A stretch of 64,000 nucleotides of DNA, from contig JBHGNT010000022.1 in NCBI GenBank assembly GCA_043228905.1, positions 5,828,001 through 5,892,000 of the forward strand. The letters run 5' to 3'. Both the position numbers and the translations under genes were made by a program. Positions 51,379 through 64,000 of the stretch are shown one piece after another. The DNA is from Azolla caroliniana. Taxonomy: Eukaryota; Plantae; Polypodiophyta. Under the pieces are notes generated by a model. It had not been told where the DNA came from and did no database searches. It saw only the letters and a list, made by a program, of their open reading frames with translations. Each line of letters begins with the position of its first letter. The stretch's first letter is position 1.

Positions 51379-51551
51379 TGTGTAGCCGTTGCCCTTCATC
51401 GTGTACTTCACTTACCGGACGACATCACCGGCTGAAACAAGCATACATGTGCTTCTACACTCATATCTAGCGCGAAAGACATCGATGCTCGGCTAAGTTT
51501 TTTCTGTCCTTTTGTCTTTTTCTTTCTTTATCTTTTGAATTACAAGATGAC

Positions 51552-51651
51552 NNNNNNNNNNNNNNNNNNNNNNNNNNNNNNNNNNNNNNNNNNNNNNNNN
51601 NNNNNNNNNNNNNNNNNNNNNNNNNNNNNNNNNNNNNNNNNNNNNNNNNNN
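51552..51651. other. Assembly gap (100 N)
   Basis: Run of N. Confidence 1.
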
Positions 51652-52088
51652 AACACCTTCTTCACGTTTCCCCAAGCCTCTTTCGGTGTCCCAGCATCTC
51701 GGACGTGGCTCAGCAGCTGGTCTCCGACACTGGACGCAAAGCAGTACATCACTCTGCTTGCCGATTGTTCCCACACCGGGAAGTCCTTGTGTGCCGCATC
51801 AAGTGTTGTGACATTAGCTCCAGTACCCATGCCCAAGCAGGTACCGGTGCATCTTGTAAGACCAAGATGCGTAGTTGGTTCTGTCGAGCTTCTCCACCTG
51901 GAGCGAGCTAGCCATTCCTCTATCCATTTTGCTTTTCCTGTTCTTTACGAAAGTTTTCCTTTCAAGCTATGTCAGCTACAGAGGTTCTCAACCCTCGCGC
52001 TCTAATACCATGTAAAAACAAATAGTGTGCGGAAGCAATAGAAAACAGAAAACAGAGAACAGGTTTAATGGAGAGGTTAACAGTACGC

Positions 52089-52172
<84 letters not shown>

Positions 52173-52494
52173 AAGAAACTCTATTCAAAAAATTATATCA
52201 ACGCTCTGTACATCGTATGTGTTCAGTGAACACTTTTATACAGGTCCATACGGACTGACAGAAGTATGGTGTACTTCAATACTCACACGAGCGTCTGACA
52301 CTAACTACGAGAGTAATAACTCCCTAGTAGTCTAACTGCTACTAGGCTTCCAGTTACTGATGGATCCGGCTAACCGGCTCCCCAACTCACCGGCTCTTTT
52401 GCTCACCGGGTGCTCACCGGCTCACCGATCCGTCTCGCTCACCGGCTCGGGCTTATCCAGCCGATCCGGCTCCAATTGAGGTTGCCACTCAACA
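51652..52494 (-). mobile_element. Fourth copy of the Copia family: 5' LTR (52011-52494), PBS and gag start
   Basis: PBS TGGTATTAGAGC at 51999-52010. gag HKDFPVWEQSASRVMYCFASSVGDQLLSH. Confidence 0.9.
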
Positions 52495-53620
52495 AGAACA
52501 TCGAGAAGGCCAAGCGTTGGAATGATCCAAAGCTATGCACCACCGACAAAAAGCGCTTCAATCACCGGAAAGGTACATTTGCTTGATTATAGATGGCATG
52601 GATCAGAAGAAGACTTGTTTTCCACACTTTCGAAGGTTGCCAAAGGATATTGGAGATGAATGCCTTGTATAGATGCATTTAGTAGGTTGTTTGTCATATT
52701 GTCAAACAATAAGGCCTCAAGTCTTCCTAACTTATCCTAATATCCACAACGACCCTAATCTTACAGTCACAATCATGCAAAGAGTGTTACAGTCTTGGCA
52801 AGGTATTCTCCCTTTAGTAATATACGTGCAACTCGACAACACGGCTAGAGAAAACAAAAACTCGATTGTGTTTGGTTATTTAAGCATGCTAGTAGAGTGG
52901 GGCATTTAAACACTTCTAAGTGGATGGTGATGGGACTCAAAGTAGGGTTCTTGCACCACTTAATAATATAAATTTTAACCATGTCTTCCTCATAAAAAAA
53001 TAATTCTATGAGCAACAAGTAGACATTGTTGTATGCCAAACAATATTCGTCTAGTTCACAATGGAAGCCACAAGAGGGTTCTCGGCTCTTATTGCGTTTT
53101 CTAGATGCGGAAATCCATGGTGAAGAACAAATGTCGTATGACGACCATAAAAGATTCGCTCCCGGTAATTCGATTGATGAGTAAAAGATATATTGGATGT
53201 GATGCCTTGAAGAGAAATAGAAAAATATTGAGCACACCAAGAAGTATGCTGGTGATCAGAATGTTGAATGATGGGGTAACTTCTTCAACCCTCAACATAT
53301 GATTTTAGATAACCACTTTGCTGAATACTAGCCATTCCAATATCCATTCACATGGATATATTGGTGTACCATCAATGGTGTCCACAACTCATTATCAATC
53401 ACTAGATAATATTGAACTCAATCTAGTTCGCCCACAACACAAAGATGAACAAGGAGCATGTCTCATAATCACGATGACGTTGGATTGTAATTGGATGAAG
53501 ACAATGTGTTGGTTGCTAGTGATGATGAGGATGTGACCTCACAAAGCTCTTCTAGTTCATCGAATGGGTCTGAAAATGATGGCATAGATTTGGGAAGTGA
53601 TAGTTCTGATACATGAAATG
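52495..53620 (+). mobile_element. Relic DNA transposase of Sola-like type (DGMDQ...QLDN..ENKN)
   Basis: Frame from 52574 reads YICLIIDGMDQKKTCFPHF...*MHLVG...IYVQLDNTARENKNSIVFGYLSMLV. The expected downstream GHTH-type motif is not seen. Confidence 0.6.
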
Positions 53621-54293
53621 TAAATATTGCCTTTTACATTCCATGCCAATTCACAAATATGTATAAATATAGGTGGTAGTGTTTTTGTAAATTTTGTACA
53701 ATCATTCTTTTGTAAGTTTGGCATGTCCGTTATTTAGGCATATTTTTGGAAAGCCCTAAACTTTTGGACATGCTAAAAATCAATATATTTTTGGTCATTG
53801 TTGAAAAACCTTTATGCATGCGGCACCCTTTTTTGTGAAACAACCTATTTTGTGCCTTTTTTTGACGGACGGTTCTTAAAATGTGACATATTACCTGTTT
53901 CAAATGACCCAGTGTTTTAACTAGTTTGAGTTGGTTTGGCAAGGCTCAAGCCTAAGCCGAGCCGAGCTACTAAACCACTAAACTGTTTAAAACCGGTTTA
54001 GGCTTGAGCCGATCCCTATTTTTGATGTCTGAATTTGAGTTAGGCGCCTGGCTTGAGTCAATCGGGCGTATGATTTGAGTTAGGCGTCTAATTTGAGTCG
54101 AGCGCTTGCAGTCAAAGAGTAGGGCAATTGGTGACTGAGGCACTCAAAGTCTGGCATTTTTTCATGGCGCTTTTTTTGGATAAAGATCGGACGGTGCAGA
54201 TCATATGCGCTCTCAACTAAGCGCCATGCACCGTTGGTGGTGGCAATTCGCTCGTCATGCCTCTTCGTGATTTGGTAGCAGATAGACATGGGC

Positions 54294-54309
54294 TACATAC
54301 ATACATACA

Positions 54310-54340
<31 letters not shown>
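54294..54340. repeat. (TACA)n microsatellite upstream of the PDI gene
   Basis: About 11 TACA units. Confidence 0.9.
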
Positions 54341-54522
54341 GTACTTAAGAATCAGTGATCTCCTCCCTCACATCACTTTGGCAACATAACTTCGGTTCCC
54401 CATCACATATCCTGTGATTCTGTATGTATGTATGTATACATACATATATGCATCGTACATCATTTATGTACCTTGTTTTAAAGGAAACGAAACGTGGGCA
54501 TGGAAGTTCTGCCTCCATAGCG

Positions 54523-57500
54523 ATGGCCATGCCCATGGCGAAGCATTACCTCTGCACCGTCCTCTTCTTCGTCATCATCGCTAAAAGTAGCTTCTGTTCT
54601 CTGGGACGGAGTGACGTTCTGGAACTCACTGATTCAACGTTTGATGCCGCCATTGCTAAGCATGATTACATCTTTGTTGATTTCTATGCCCCATGGTGTG
54701 GCCATTGCAAGAGGCTCTCTCCTGAGGTATGCTTAACTATGTTTCATGATTTGATCTTCAGATATTATATGTTCGATCTTTCATAATTTTGTCTTCTCCA
54801 TTTATGCCAGATAGATATGTATGTATATATCTATATATAGATATAGATATAGATATAGAGTGTGTGAAGAGAGAGAGAGGGGGGGGACATAGTTGAGGTT
54901 GATGCATTAACTGTTTCTAGATGATGAGGTCAGTAGCTTGCTACACCAATGTGTCATGCAGTTTATGAAAAATGATGTATGGTGTAGCAAAGATATGCGA
55001 AAGTTAGGATTCATATCCATGTCCTTGTTTTCATAGCCTAATAGCTTACCACTATGCTAAGCCAGAGAGACAGAGAGAGTGTTTGTCCTTTGTGAATGAT
55101 TAGAGGGTTTTGTTCTATCTTCATTAAACCATTAGTGCAATTCTCTTTGGTGCTGTTTCTCTTTTATAGCTAGATTTAGCTGCTCCTGGGCTGGCAGAAA
55201 AGACTCCACCCATTGTTCTTGCAAAGATCAATGCGGACAGATATACCAAAATAGCATCCAAATATGGAGTTAGGTATCTTTTTTGGTTCTTTCTTTTTCA
55301 TATGATTTTGTTTGTCTGCAGTTTGTATATAAAATAATTCTGATTCTGGGAACATATTGTGTTCCATTTTAGTGCTTATCCAACACTGAAGTTTTTCATC
55401 AAAGGATTTCCATTAGACTATAAAGGCCCTCGCCAAGCATCATCTCTTTCATCTCATCTTGTGAAACTTGCTCGTCCTGATATAGAAGTGCTAAGAACTG
55501 AGGTCGAACTCGAAGATTTTATGCATAATAGAGATTCAAACCTTCCCATATTTATTTGTTTTGGGATTCAAAGCTCAATAATTTCGGATTTAGCCAGACA
55601 GCATAAAAACCAAGCATGGTTTGTAGTCTTAGAGAAGTTCTCTGAGAAAGCTATGGAGAACTATGACTTCGATAAAGGTCCAGCTATTGTTGTTTGTTCT
55701 GTTCATGGAGAACAAGAAGTCTATTATGGACCTTTCACAGGTACATGCCACGGTCACATACATACTCTTCTCTCTCTCTCTCTCTACTTCTTGTCTTGAT
55801 GGTTATATTGAAATATTTTGTATTGTAAATTTTGTACAACTGATGTGTATTATAGTTACTTTTATCAAGTTTTTGGTATTCTCGTAAATACTAAACAAAT
55901 TTGGAGTATTTGGATATATTTTCTTTTTTTGCTTTACTTTTCTAAAGAAGTAAAAGTAATTCCGAAAGGTCTGAGATGACTGAAAGACGCCAAAGAAAAC
56001 TAAAATGATCCTGCTGTCAAAAGAAAGTAGCGTCATACATTCTCCAATCATACTTTAAATTGTACGTTTATCACCTCTTGCATAGTAAGTTCTTGATGTG
56101 ATGGAGTGACACCATATTCATGTATTCATTTGACCTGCATGCCCCATCCGAATAAGATGAGATAGGTAAAAGGCTCTTAAATCACCAAGAAAATGATCTT
56201 GAATAAATTTTGCGTTTCATTTACAATCATTATCAAATAGTAAACAATAACTCCTTGGAGATTCATAAGTACAAGAAGGAACAATAGAAACTTGAGACAC
56301 TTCATGTGCAGCTTGGAGATCATAAGCAACTTTGTACAGAAATGTTCCACTGCTTCATGCCCCACCCTTCTCCATGTGGCTGTGATGGTTTCCCTGAATG
56401 TGAATTCTTTGCCAGCTGCTTACAAGTACCTGCAGGGCATACGTAATAATAGCATCTACAGGGTCAAACGATATATCCCATCCAAAGCATCACTTGTGTG
56501 TTAAAAGCTCTCCTAAGACCCCCAACCATCATTACTAGTTTATGCACATAATCAACCGAATCACATTGGCATAGTAAATTTCTTCTCCAATATAAGCAAA
56601 CTGTCTTTGCTCTGTGCTTTGAATATGGGTAGAGTAAGACAATGATCCACAAGTATAGACAGGTATACACCAAGAAATTGTGCGTTTTGCATAATATTCT
56701 AAATCCCCTTCAATTTTTAAATGCAGACAATTAGAAATTGAGGTGAACATCCTAAAATCTTGCTAGGACATCCTAAAATCCTTCTCTTTTGAGTCTCTCC
56801 ATCACTATGATGAATTAGAGAGGAGAAAGAGGAGAGTTGTGAACTTCGAAGTTAGAATGAAGAAAGGATTGAGAAAAATGGTGAAGCTGGATTGAAAAGA
56901 CAAGAATAATTTTATTATAGTTTTGATTTCAGAATAAACTGTGAAAAGGCCAAACATACAAGAAACGTAAGTCTATGAAGTCAAATTTAGAGTTAACAAA
57001 AACACAAAGTGCACCTGTTTTGAAACCTATTTCTGTACATCCCGTACATTGCCTGTATATTGCCTTTTTTGGACATGTGAAGAATCTCATAAAGGCCATA
57101 TTTCATTTGACAACTGAATGTCCATCCATTTTCTGCTGCCGTGCTTCCTTTCTTTCATGTTCTCTCTCTGCTCGTTGGCTTAGTGGTTACACAGTAGCAT
57201 AAAAGGTCATAAATTGGAGAGAACCGAGCTCATATCTACCTACCTGTGTTAAAAGGCACACTATTCAGCACTTCTCTCTAGCCTCGACTTGCTTGTTTTG
57301 TGGTTCAGAGTCCATAACCATGGTGAGAAAATAACTTTTTGTACTGTTTTAACTAATTTCAAGAGTTATTTTCGTTTCCACTCCATTTTAAGTAATCATT
57401 TGTTCCCCTGCTTGGTGATGTAAGGGAAGTCGTTCTAATGCAGCATGCCTCTGATGATTATAGGGGAGGACCTGGTACAGTTTGTGGGGCAGAACCTTTT

Positions 57501-58367
57501 GCCACGTGTAAATGAAGTGACACCAGAAGACTTGAGGAAATTGCGGAATGATGGAAGACCTATTGCCCTTGCCATCTTGAAAGAGGAATCTTCTACTCAC
57601 TCCTTGTTATTCATCAAAATGTTGAAAGCTGCAGCTCCTGCAAATCGAGCTTTCGTTTTTGCATATGTGGACTCACTTAAATGGCCTTCTTTTTGTCGTA
57701 CTTTTCATATTGATAAACACTCTAATTTTCCTGAATTCATTATATGGGATGGTAGCTCCACATATTTTGAGGTAAGCCATGCTTATGCCTTTGGCAAAAC
57801 CCCTAAACGCGGGGGCTTCTTCCATATTTAGTAAACTACCCCGAAGGCTTTAAAAATTTACCAGAATACCTCCTTTATGAGTAAACACTGTATCACAGAG
57901 GGATTATCTGGTAAATTTTGAGAACTTAGGGGTGTCCTAGTCATGTTCCAAAAATTTAAGTGTATTTTCATGATGAAATCATACTCAGTAGCTCTATGAT
58001 GACTTTTTTAACACATAGTATTCAATGGTATCCGTTATTTCAGAGTGCAGAAGGTTATGACTTCAGTGATGAGAGAGCAGGATCATACATCACATTCTTT
58101 CTTCAAGAGTTCAAGGAAGGGAAGGCAAAAAAGATAAATGTGAAAGGACCAACATTAACAGAATTTCTTCAGTCTCTTATCAGTGTAAGGAGTGTGTATA
58201 TACTGGTGCCGATAATTGCCATGATAATTTTTGCTCGAAGCATTTGGACGTCAGTAGGCACAGATGATGTAGTAGGCAAGAGAACAGTATATGATGATGA
58301 CACTACTAACGAGAGAAATCCACCGACATTCGCTAGTAATGATAATAGTTCAGTCAAAGAAGACTAA
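54523..58367 (+). CDS. PDIL5-2: Protein disulfide isomerase-like, PDIL5-2/PDI8 type (signal peptide, one WCGHC thioredoxin domain, b/b' domains, C-terminal TM)
   Basis: Five GT-AG exons in continuous frame: 54523-54726, 55170-55273, 55373-55740, 57464-57771, 58044-58367. Motif [34 protein letters not shown]. The start could also be 54529 or 54535. Confidence 0.9.
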
Positions 58368-59617
58368 TGGAATCTTAGGTTTGGCTATGAATGTATTAAA
58401 ATGTAGGCCTGCTGTAATTGACTTGTTATTGATTAATCGTTTTCTTGTATTTGATTAATCGTTTTCTGGTATCCTCTCCTCCCTATGACGGGGAATTTCT
58501 CAAAATATTTGCCAGAAAATGGAAGTAACTGATGATTCTTGTTGGATTTTATTCTTTTACCCTAATGGTTGAGCCATACGAGTAGAAATTTCCTTTTCAA
58601 GTTTGAAATGCTTAATGAACCTTGGGTGAGCATTGTCGCAACCTAACTAGCTGATGCAAAATCATGTCAATAGTATACTTGAATCACACTAAATTGCAGA
58701 ACTTACCATGAGAATTTAGGGGGTGTAATAAAAAATGGCAGCGAGGTGAAATCACTTTTTCACATGAAGCATTTTAATGACTGTTGCTGGTCAAATCATT
58801 TCGTGAACGTGGTGATTTCTTGTAGTTGGAAAAACGTGATTGAAAGTCTTGTGCCTCTGTGAAAATAATAGATAACAACAACACACTTGCTCAAAGCTGA
58901 AGGGGTGACAAAAGTATCTACCTTTCACACCACGTACATGCATCATTGACTTCATTATTAGGGAAAGGCATAAATAGAGATTACATTACAGTAGCCACAT
59001 TACTGCTATTTTTCTGAATCATGGTTTGGGGAACTGACAAGTAGGCCCTTCATTTTTTGGTTTTAATTTGATCTTTCCATATATCATCACATGTATATGG
59101 CAACGTTTTCTGACACGATATATTAGCAATCGTTCTCTCCTAATTTTGTCTATCGCACTTGGGGGAGGTACAAGAAAAATCCAAGAGACCTACGACAAGA
59201 AAAACAATTTGTTGTCTCACGCGAATCCATCCATCCACCAAACAACTTGTTACATAATTATTCCATGGTCTTAAGGAACCATGCACATTACAAACTCACC
59301 CATGGGATGTTTTTTTGTTGACATTCGAAATAATATTTGAACTTCTGAGCAATGTTAGCAAGGCATAACAATGTGTTTAGGTGCAATGTTGATGCATTAA
59401 CCATCTTCCATGCCATTATTGCTATGGTCTTAGTGTTGGTGGTTTGGTGTTAGCGAGAAAGAAAAAAAATCATTCCTTCACGTCAATCGTCAACCAGAGA
59501 GTGTTAGTGATATATATTTTCCATATGCTTGCAAGTAGCAACCAACTGAAGGAAAAGGAGCCTGTCTATCTATGTACAAGATAAGCGGCCTATATATTAT
59601 TTATGCCCTACTACTCC

Positions 59618-62600
59618 TTACTCAACGTTCTTAGAGTTTTCAGGAAATGTCTTCTTCTGTATGAAGTCCTGGAAGCGTTGGGAATAGAGACTTGGATTGA
59701 CGGCCGAAATAGAGAGTGCATCAAATTGGAGGGACTTGTATGCATGCTCCAGCTTTTTGCTAATGTCATACTCTTGCAATATGTCAATCACACCAAAATA
59801 TAACACGACGTCGTAGGAGTCTCCTACATTCGTGCTGTGATCAGCCCTGGCAGGCATGTTCACACCTAATTGTACCCTTAACCTGACAAAACAACAACAA
59901 ATTAAAACTTCATGTTCATAGATAGGCATGTGTGTGTCATTGTATGGTTATAGATAGGCATGTGTGTGTCATTGTATGGTTATAACTTATAAATGATTCA
60001 AACAAAAAACCTCGCAGTCCCCGGAAGCAAGAGATCAATCTCTTGTTCGTCGTCCCCACGACCTGCGGCAGCTTTTAAAGGACTCCCTCTCACATGAGAT
60101 CCCGTTGGTGGTGGTGTCAGACTAGTATCCGGCTTGTGTGCAACAAGAACCAAGCCTTCTTCAGAAGCAGCAGGAGCAGCAGCTACACATACATTTTGAC
60201 ACAAACAATGCCATCCATTCTTCCATGGTCTATTACTAATAAAAATGAGATAGATTGCATACAAACTTGCATACATACATACATACATACATACATACAT
60301 ACATACCATCTTGCCTGCAGACAATCGCAGGAAACTGTGGAGCTCTGAAGTGCACACCCAGCAAGAAACTGTAATCCATTATGTGTTGAGACTCCAGAAA
60401 CTTACAATCACATTCAATCTGCCTGCACTTGGTAACAACGGAAATACCATATATTATGACCATCATCATAGACAGACTTATCTCTCTCCCTGTTGTAGCC
60501 CAAAATGTTTCACAACATAAGAAAAAACACAAAGCGACAACAACATCCAGCATGTGGTGTGTGTGCCGGTTGCAACATCTATCTACACATCCATCCTTTA
60601 CCTTAGCAAAGCTTGCCTCCAAGAAGGTTCAAGTCGGAAAACAAAGTCCAAATCCAAGTCCTTGAGTGTAGTATTTTCATTTATATCCATCTTGTCTGCT
60701 GATCTTCCTTGAGAAGATCCTTTCAGATCAAACCGGCGATGTATCCGGAGTTCTGTGCAGAACATGTTCCCCATCACTACAAAACGAACCTGCACACAGA
60801 CACAAATTTGCCACATGATACAAAAGTTCAATACAAGCAAGCATTCATTTAAGCTATGCTTAGAATATCAGACAAGATTTCACCGTATTAAATTCATATA
60901 CATGCATACGGTCTTATAAATGTACAACCATGCATTCATTTAAGTTATGCTTTGAATAACAGAGACGATTGCACCCTATTATATATATGCGCACACCTTT
61001 TGGCCTCCTTCAGGTTTGATTCGATGAAGACCAAAAAACTTGGTTATAAGAGTGTTTTCATATGCCTGGACATGTTTGAAATAATTTGGAAGCATTGCGA
61101 GTAAGACCTAGAGTGAAGAAAAAGAACTTTTAAACTCCAGTTTCTGAAATCATTGTTGTGAATGGAAGAAATGTATATGCTTTAAGCATTATCATGATAA
61201 CAGAGACTGGCATAATAACAGAAGCAGAGTTATAGTTTGGAATAGGTAGATTGACGCCACCACCTTGACCTCGGCCTTGCGCATGGTCTTGATCATGAAT
61301 CGATCATCGTGGGAGAGATAGAAGACACTCCCGCTCTTCCCAGGGGATGAGAGTTCCCTCAATCCACTATTCCCACAAATGGAGAGCATATAATCTGCTG
61401 TGTCTATCTGGAACATCTCCCTCAAGTGCCTGTACAACAAGTTAGTTACATGCACATACATCAGGCTCAGGAATTATTTGGGGGGAGGGGAGTAGGGCAT
61501 ATTTCTTTCAATGTTCTACACCAATGATGTAGGTATGATCATATATATATATATATAAGGGAGAATTTACTGTGTGTTTCTTGTGTGTATACATTTTCTT
61601 CTCTCCCAGATACCCCTGACTTTTTTTATTATTTCCCGTCATGCTTCCCCCAAATGCACAGAGAAGTGACTGAACATATACAGTTAATTGTTCAAGTATG
61701 TAGCACATATTTCTGCAATATTCTGGGGCTCCCTCCCGTCTAAGGCAAAAAGGGGATGGATTCACGACTATGACGACACATGCCATGCGATTGATTGCAC
61801 TTCACACTAACCCAACAACAAACACACACTTCACTTGGGGGTTATTCGGGCAACGACAAAAGAGAAGCTTGCGGTGTTGATTTTCGGCCGGCCCCACTAC
61901 CGGAGTGTTGTTTGTTGATTCAGTAAATTTTATCACAAGTAGCAGTTAAAGAGAAACACAACAAGGAAGGAAGGTAGGACACACACACACACACCTGAAA
62001 ACCACAGGGCAGTAGTCTTTCCACTTGAAGTCAGTGGACTGATGATGCGGTGGTGTGAGCTGGGAGCCTTGTCTCGGGAAATTCATCCAGATTCTCGCCT
62101 TGGGCCCGAAATCAGAGGAAGGAGAGATGTCTCTCATTGGCTCGGGAGTGATCTTCCCCACCGTGTACCTTATCCCCAGCTGCAGGTTCAGCATCAAATC
62201 ATAGCTGTGGTGCCCCTTGTATATCGTCTCCCCGGTCCCGGCCCCGGCCCCGGCCCTGACCATGCCGCCTCCTCCTCCTCCTCTCAAACGTTGCTCTCGC
62301 CTTCTGCTGCGCTGGCATTGCTGTTGTTTCCATCCTCCCTTTCTTCCCACATTCCGGCCTTCTTCGTCCTTCACGGCCACAGCCGCCTCGTTTACAAGCA
62401 CACCATGCACATACTCCCTTTCAAACACCACCACTCTCACTACTCTCACTCCCACACTCTCCTCCTCCTCCTTCCCAGAGCTGTTGCTATCCAACAACAG
62501 ACACTTATCCCCTACATTGGAATTGGAGGAGGAGGAGGAGGAGGTGGAGGAAGAAGAAGAAGAAGAGAAAGAGGAGTCAAGAAGAGATAGGCAATCCGGC

Positions 62601-63472
62601 CACAACCCTGTATCGGAAGTGACAGAGCTGTCACCACTGCTGCATTCATTCGTCGTTAGGGGAGCATTAACATCATCGGATAAAGAAGATGAAGATGAAG
62701 ATGACGATGAGGAGCAGGAGCAGGAGGAATGAGAGGATTTGAGATGAGACGCCAAAGAAGCACCATCATCATCATCTTCTTCTTCCTCATCATATGGTCC
62801 ATGGATATTATTATGATTACCAGCATGATGAGCAACATAATAATAATATATGCCTTTCCCGTGTTTGAGGCCGTTGGCCCATGTGCCGACGTAGGAGCTG
62901 CCATCGGCCCCCCATGTGTATACACCATGGCCATGCGGTTGCCCATCTACCCACTGCCCATCATACGTATCAGCAGCGTTGGAGTTGGAGTTGGAGGAGC
63001 ACCATGTCATGACCCCTCTCCCCCACATAACTCCTGCTTTCCAATCCCCAACATAACACTCCTTCCCATTACTACTACTACTACTAGTAGTAGTACTCCA
63101 CATGTACCTCCCAACACCTTCTGCCACACCTCGCATCCATGAGCCTTCATACACATCTCCATTAGCATACGTCTTGGTGCCCAGCCCTCTTTTCTGGTTC
63201 ATATACCATTGGCCAGTATAGGTGTTGCCGTCCGCACCTGTAAAGGACCCCATGCCATGGATGTAGCCACACATGAACTCACCTTCATATGTGGCTCCAG
63301 AGGGCCATGACATCTTGCCCTTCCCTGACTTCTTGCCTCTCACCCATTCTCCTTCATACATACATCCATCACGCCATACATATTTCCCTTTCCCGTGGGG
63401 CAGGTTACATTGCAACGACCCAACGAAGATATCCCCATTCGGAAAAAACCTCTCCTCTTCCGCCCTACCCAT
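59618..63472 (-). CDS. PIP5K: Phosphatidylinositol-4-phosphate 5-kinase with N-terminal MORN repeats (plant subfamily B)
   Basis: Exons 63472-61995, 61429-61264, 61107-60997, 60789-60602, 60422-60307, 60182-60011, 59882-59618. MORN repeats (YEGEW..G...G.G), [37 protein letters not shown]. Confidence 0.95.
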
Positions 63473-63651
63473 TATTAATATCGATCGGGGAGGGGGGGAA
63501 TCCAGATTGATTCCTCCACAGTGATGGTGATGAACTCGGATGATGGTGTCCTGAGACTAGCGGTTAGTATGTAAACCTCTTTCGGTCCATCCTCTCGGTA
63601 CAGATAGATACATACATACGTAAATTAAATGAGAGATAGATGAAGGAGTAG

Positions 63652-63685
<34 letters not shown>

Positions 63686-63840
63686 GGCATTGGTTAATGT
63701 TGCAATTGAGCATTCTCTTGTTACAGTTAGAGTTAGTTTATAAAAAACATAGTCGTAATTAATAGAACTTTTCCTCTGTTTCTTTTTGTTTATCAGAATT
63801 GTTGCACTGTTATGAAATCTTGAAACATTTTTGAATTTCT

Positions 63841-63874
<34 letters not shown>

Positions 63875-64000
63875 AGACTAATAATAAGAATGAGACTGAT
63901 AGGTGTATGTATGTATGGTATGTACGTGATGCGGGCGGCGGCAGGAAGAGCAAGCAAAGCAAGAAGAAGAAGAAGAAGAAGAAGAAGAAGAGTAGTGCAG

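Noticed and set aside
50769-51470. Long ORFs in several frames (233, 215 and 168 aa)
   Set aside because: Stop-poor GCC/GTC low-complexity repeat with no recognisable domain.
62042-63142. Plus-strand ORFs overlapping PIP5K exon 1
   Set aside because: Antisense shadows of low-complexity coding sequence.

Overview
Plant nuclear DNA, most likely a non-seed plant such as a fern or lycophyte judging by its transposon lineages. About 52.5 kb (1-52494) is a nest of decayed LTR retrotransposons, several with recoverable LTRs, PBS, PPT and target-site duplications (TSDs). It holds four copies of one Copia family (one boundary-intact at 1361-7238, TSD TATTT), a Tork/Tto1-like Copia, a boundary-intact non-chromovirus Gypsy (12051-23870, TSD CGCTT) with a large extra coiled-coil ORF, Tcn1-like chromoviruses, and three copies of a fungal-like Gypsy with an FLDD RT motif and a tRNA-Trp PBS. 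A Sola-like DNA transposase relic follows. The window ends with two convergent spliced host genes: a PDIL5-2/PDI8-type protein disulfide isomerase (+) and a MORN-repeat PIP5K (-). Three signals stand out. (1) The 12051-23870 Gypsy has no PPT; a conserved 40-nt tRNA-3'-end-like structured element sits there and recurs internally with a compensatory base change. (2) Several chromovirus-type LTRs carry outward-facing Pol III A/B boxes at tRNA spacing. (3) One Copia family has two PPTs and a Pol C-terminal extension read through the first. tRNA and lineage assignments are from memory of known families and need database confirmation.
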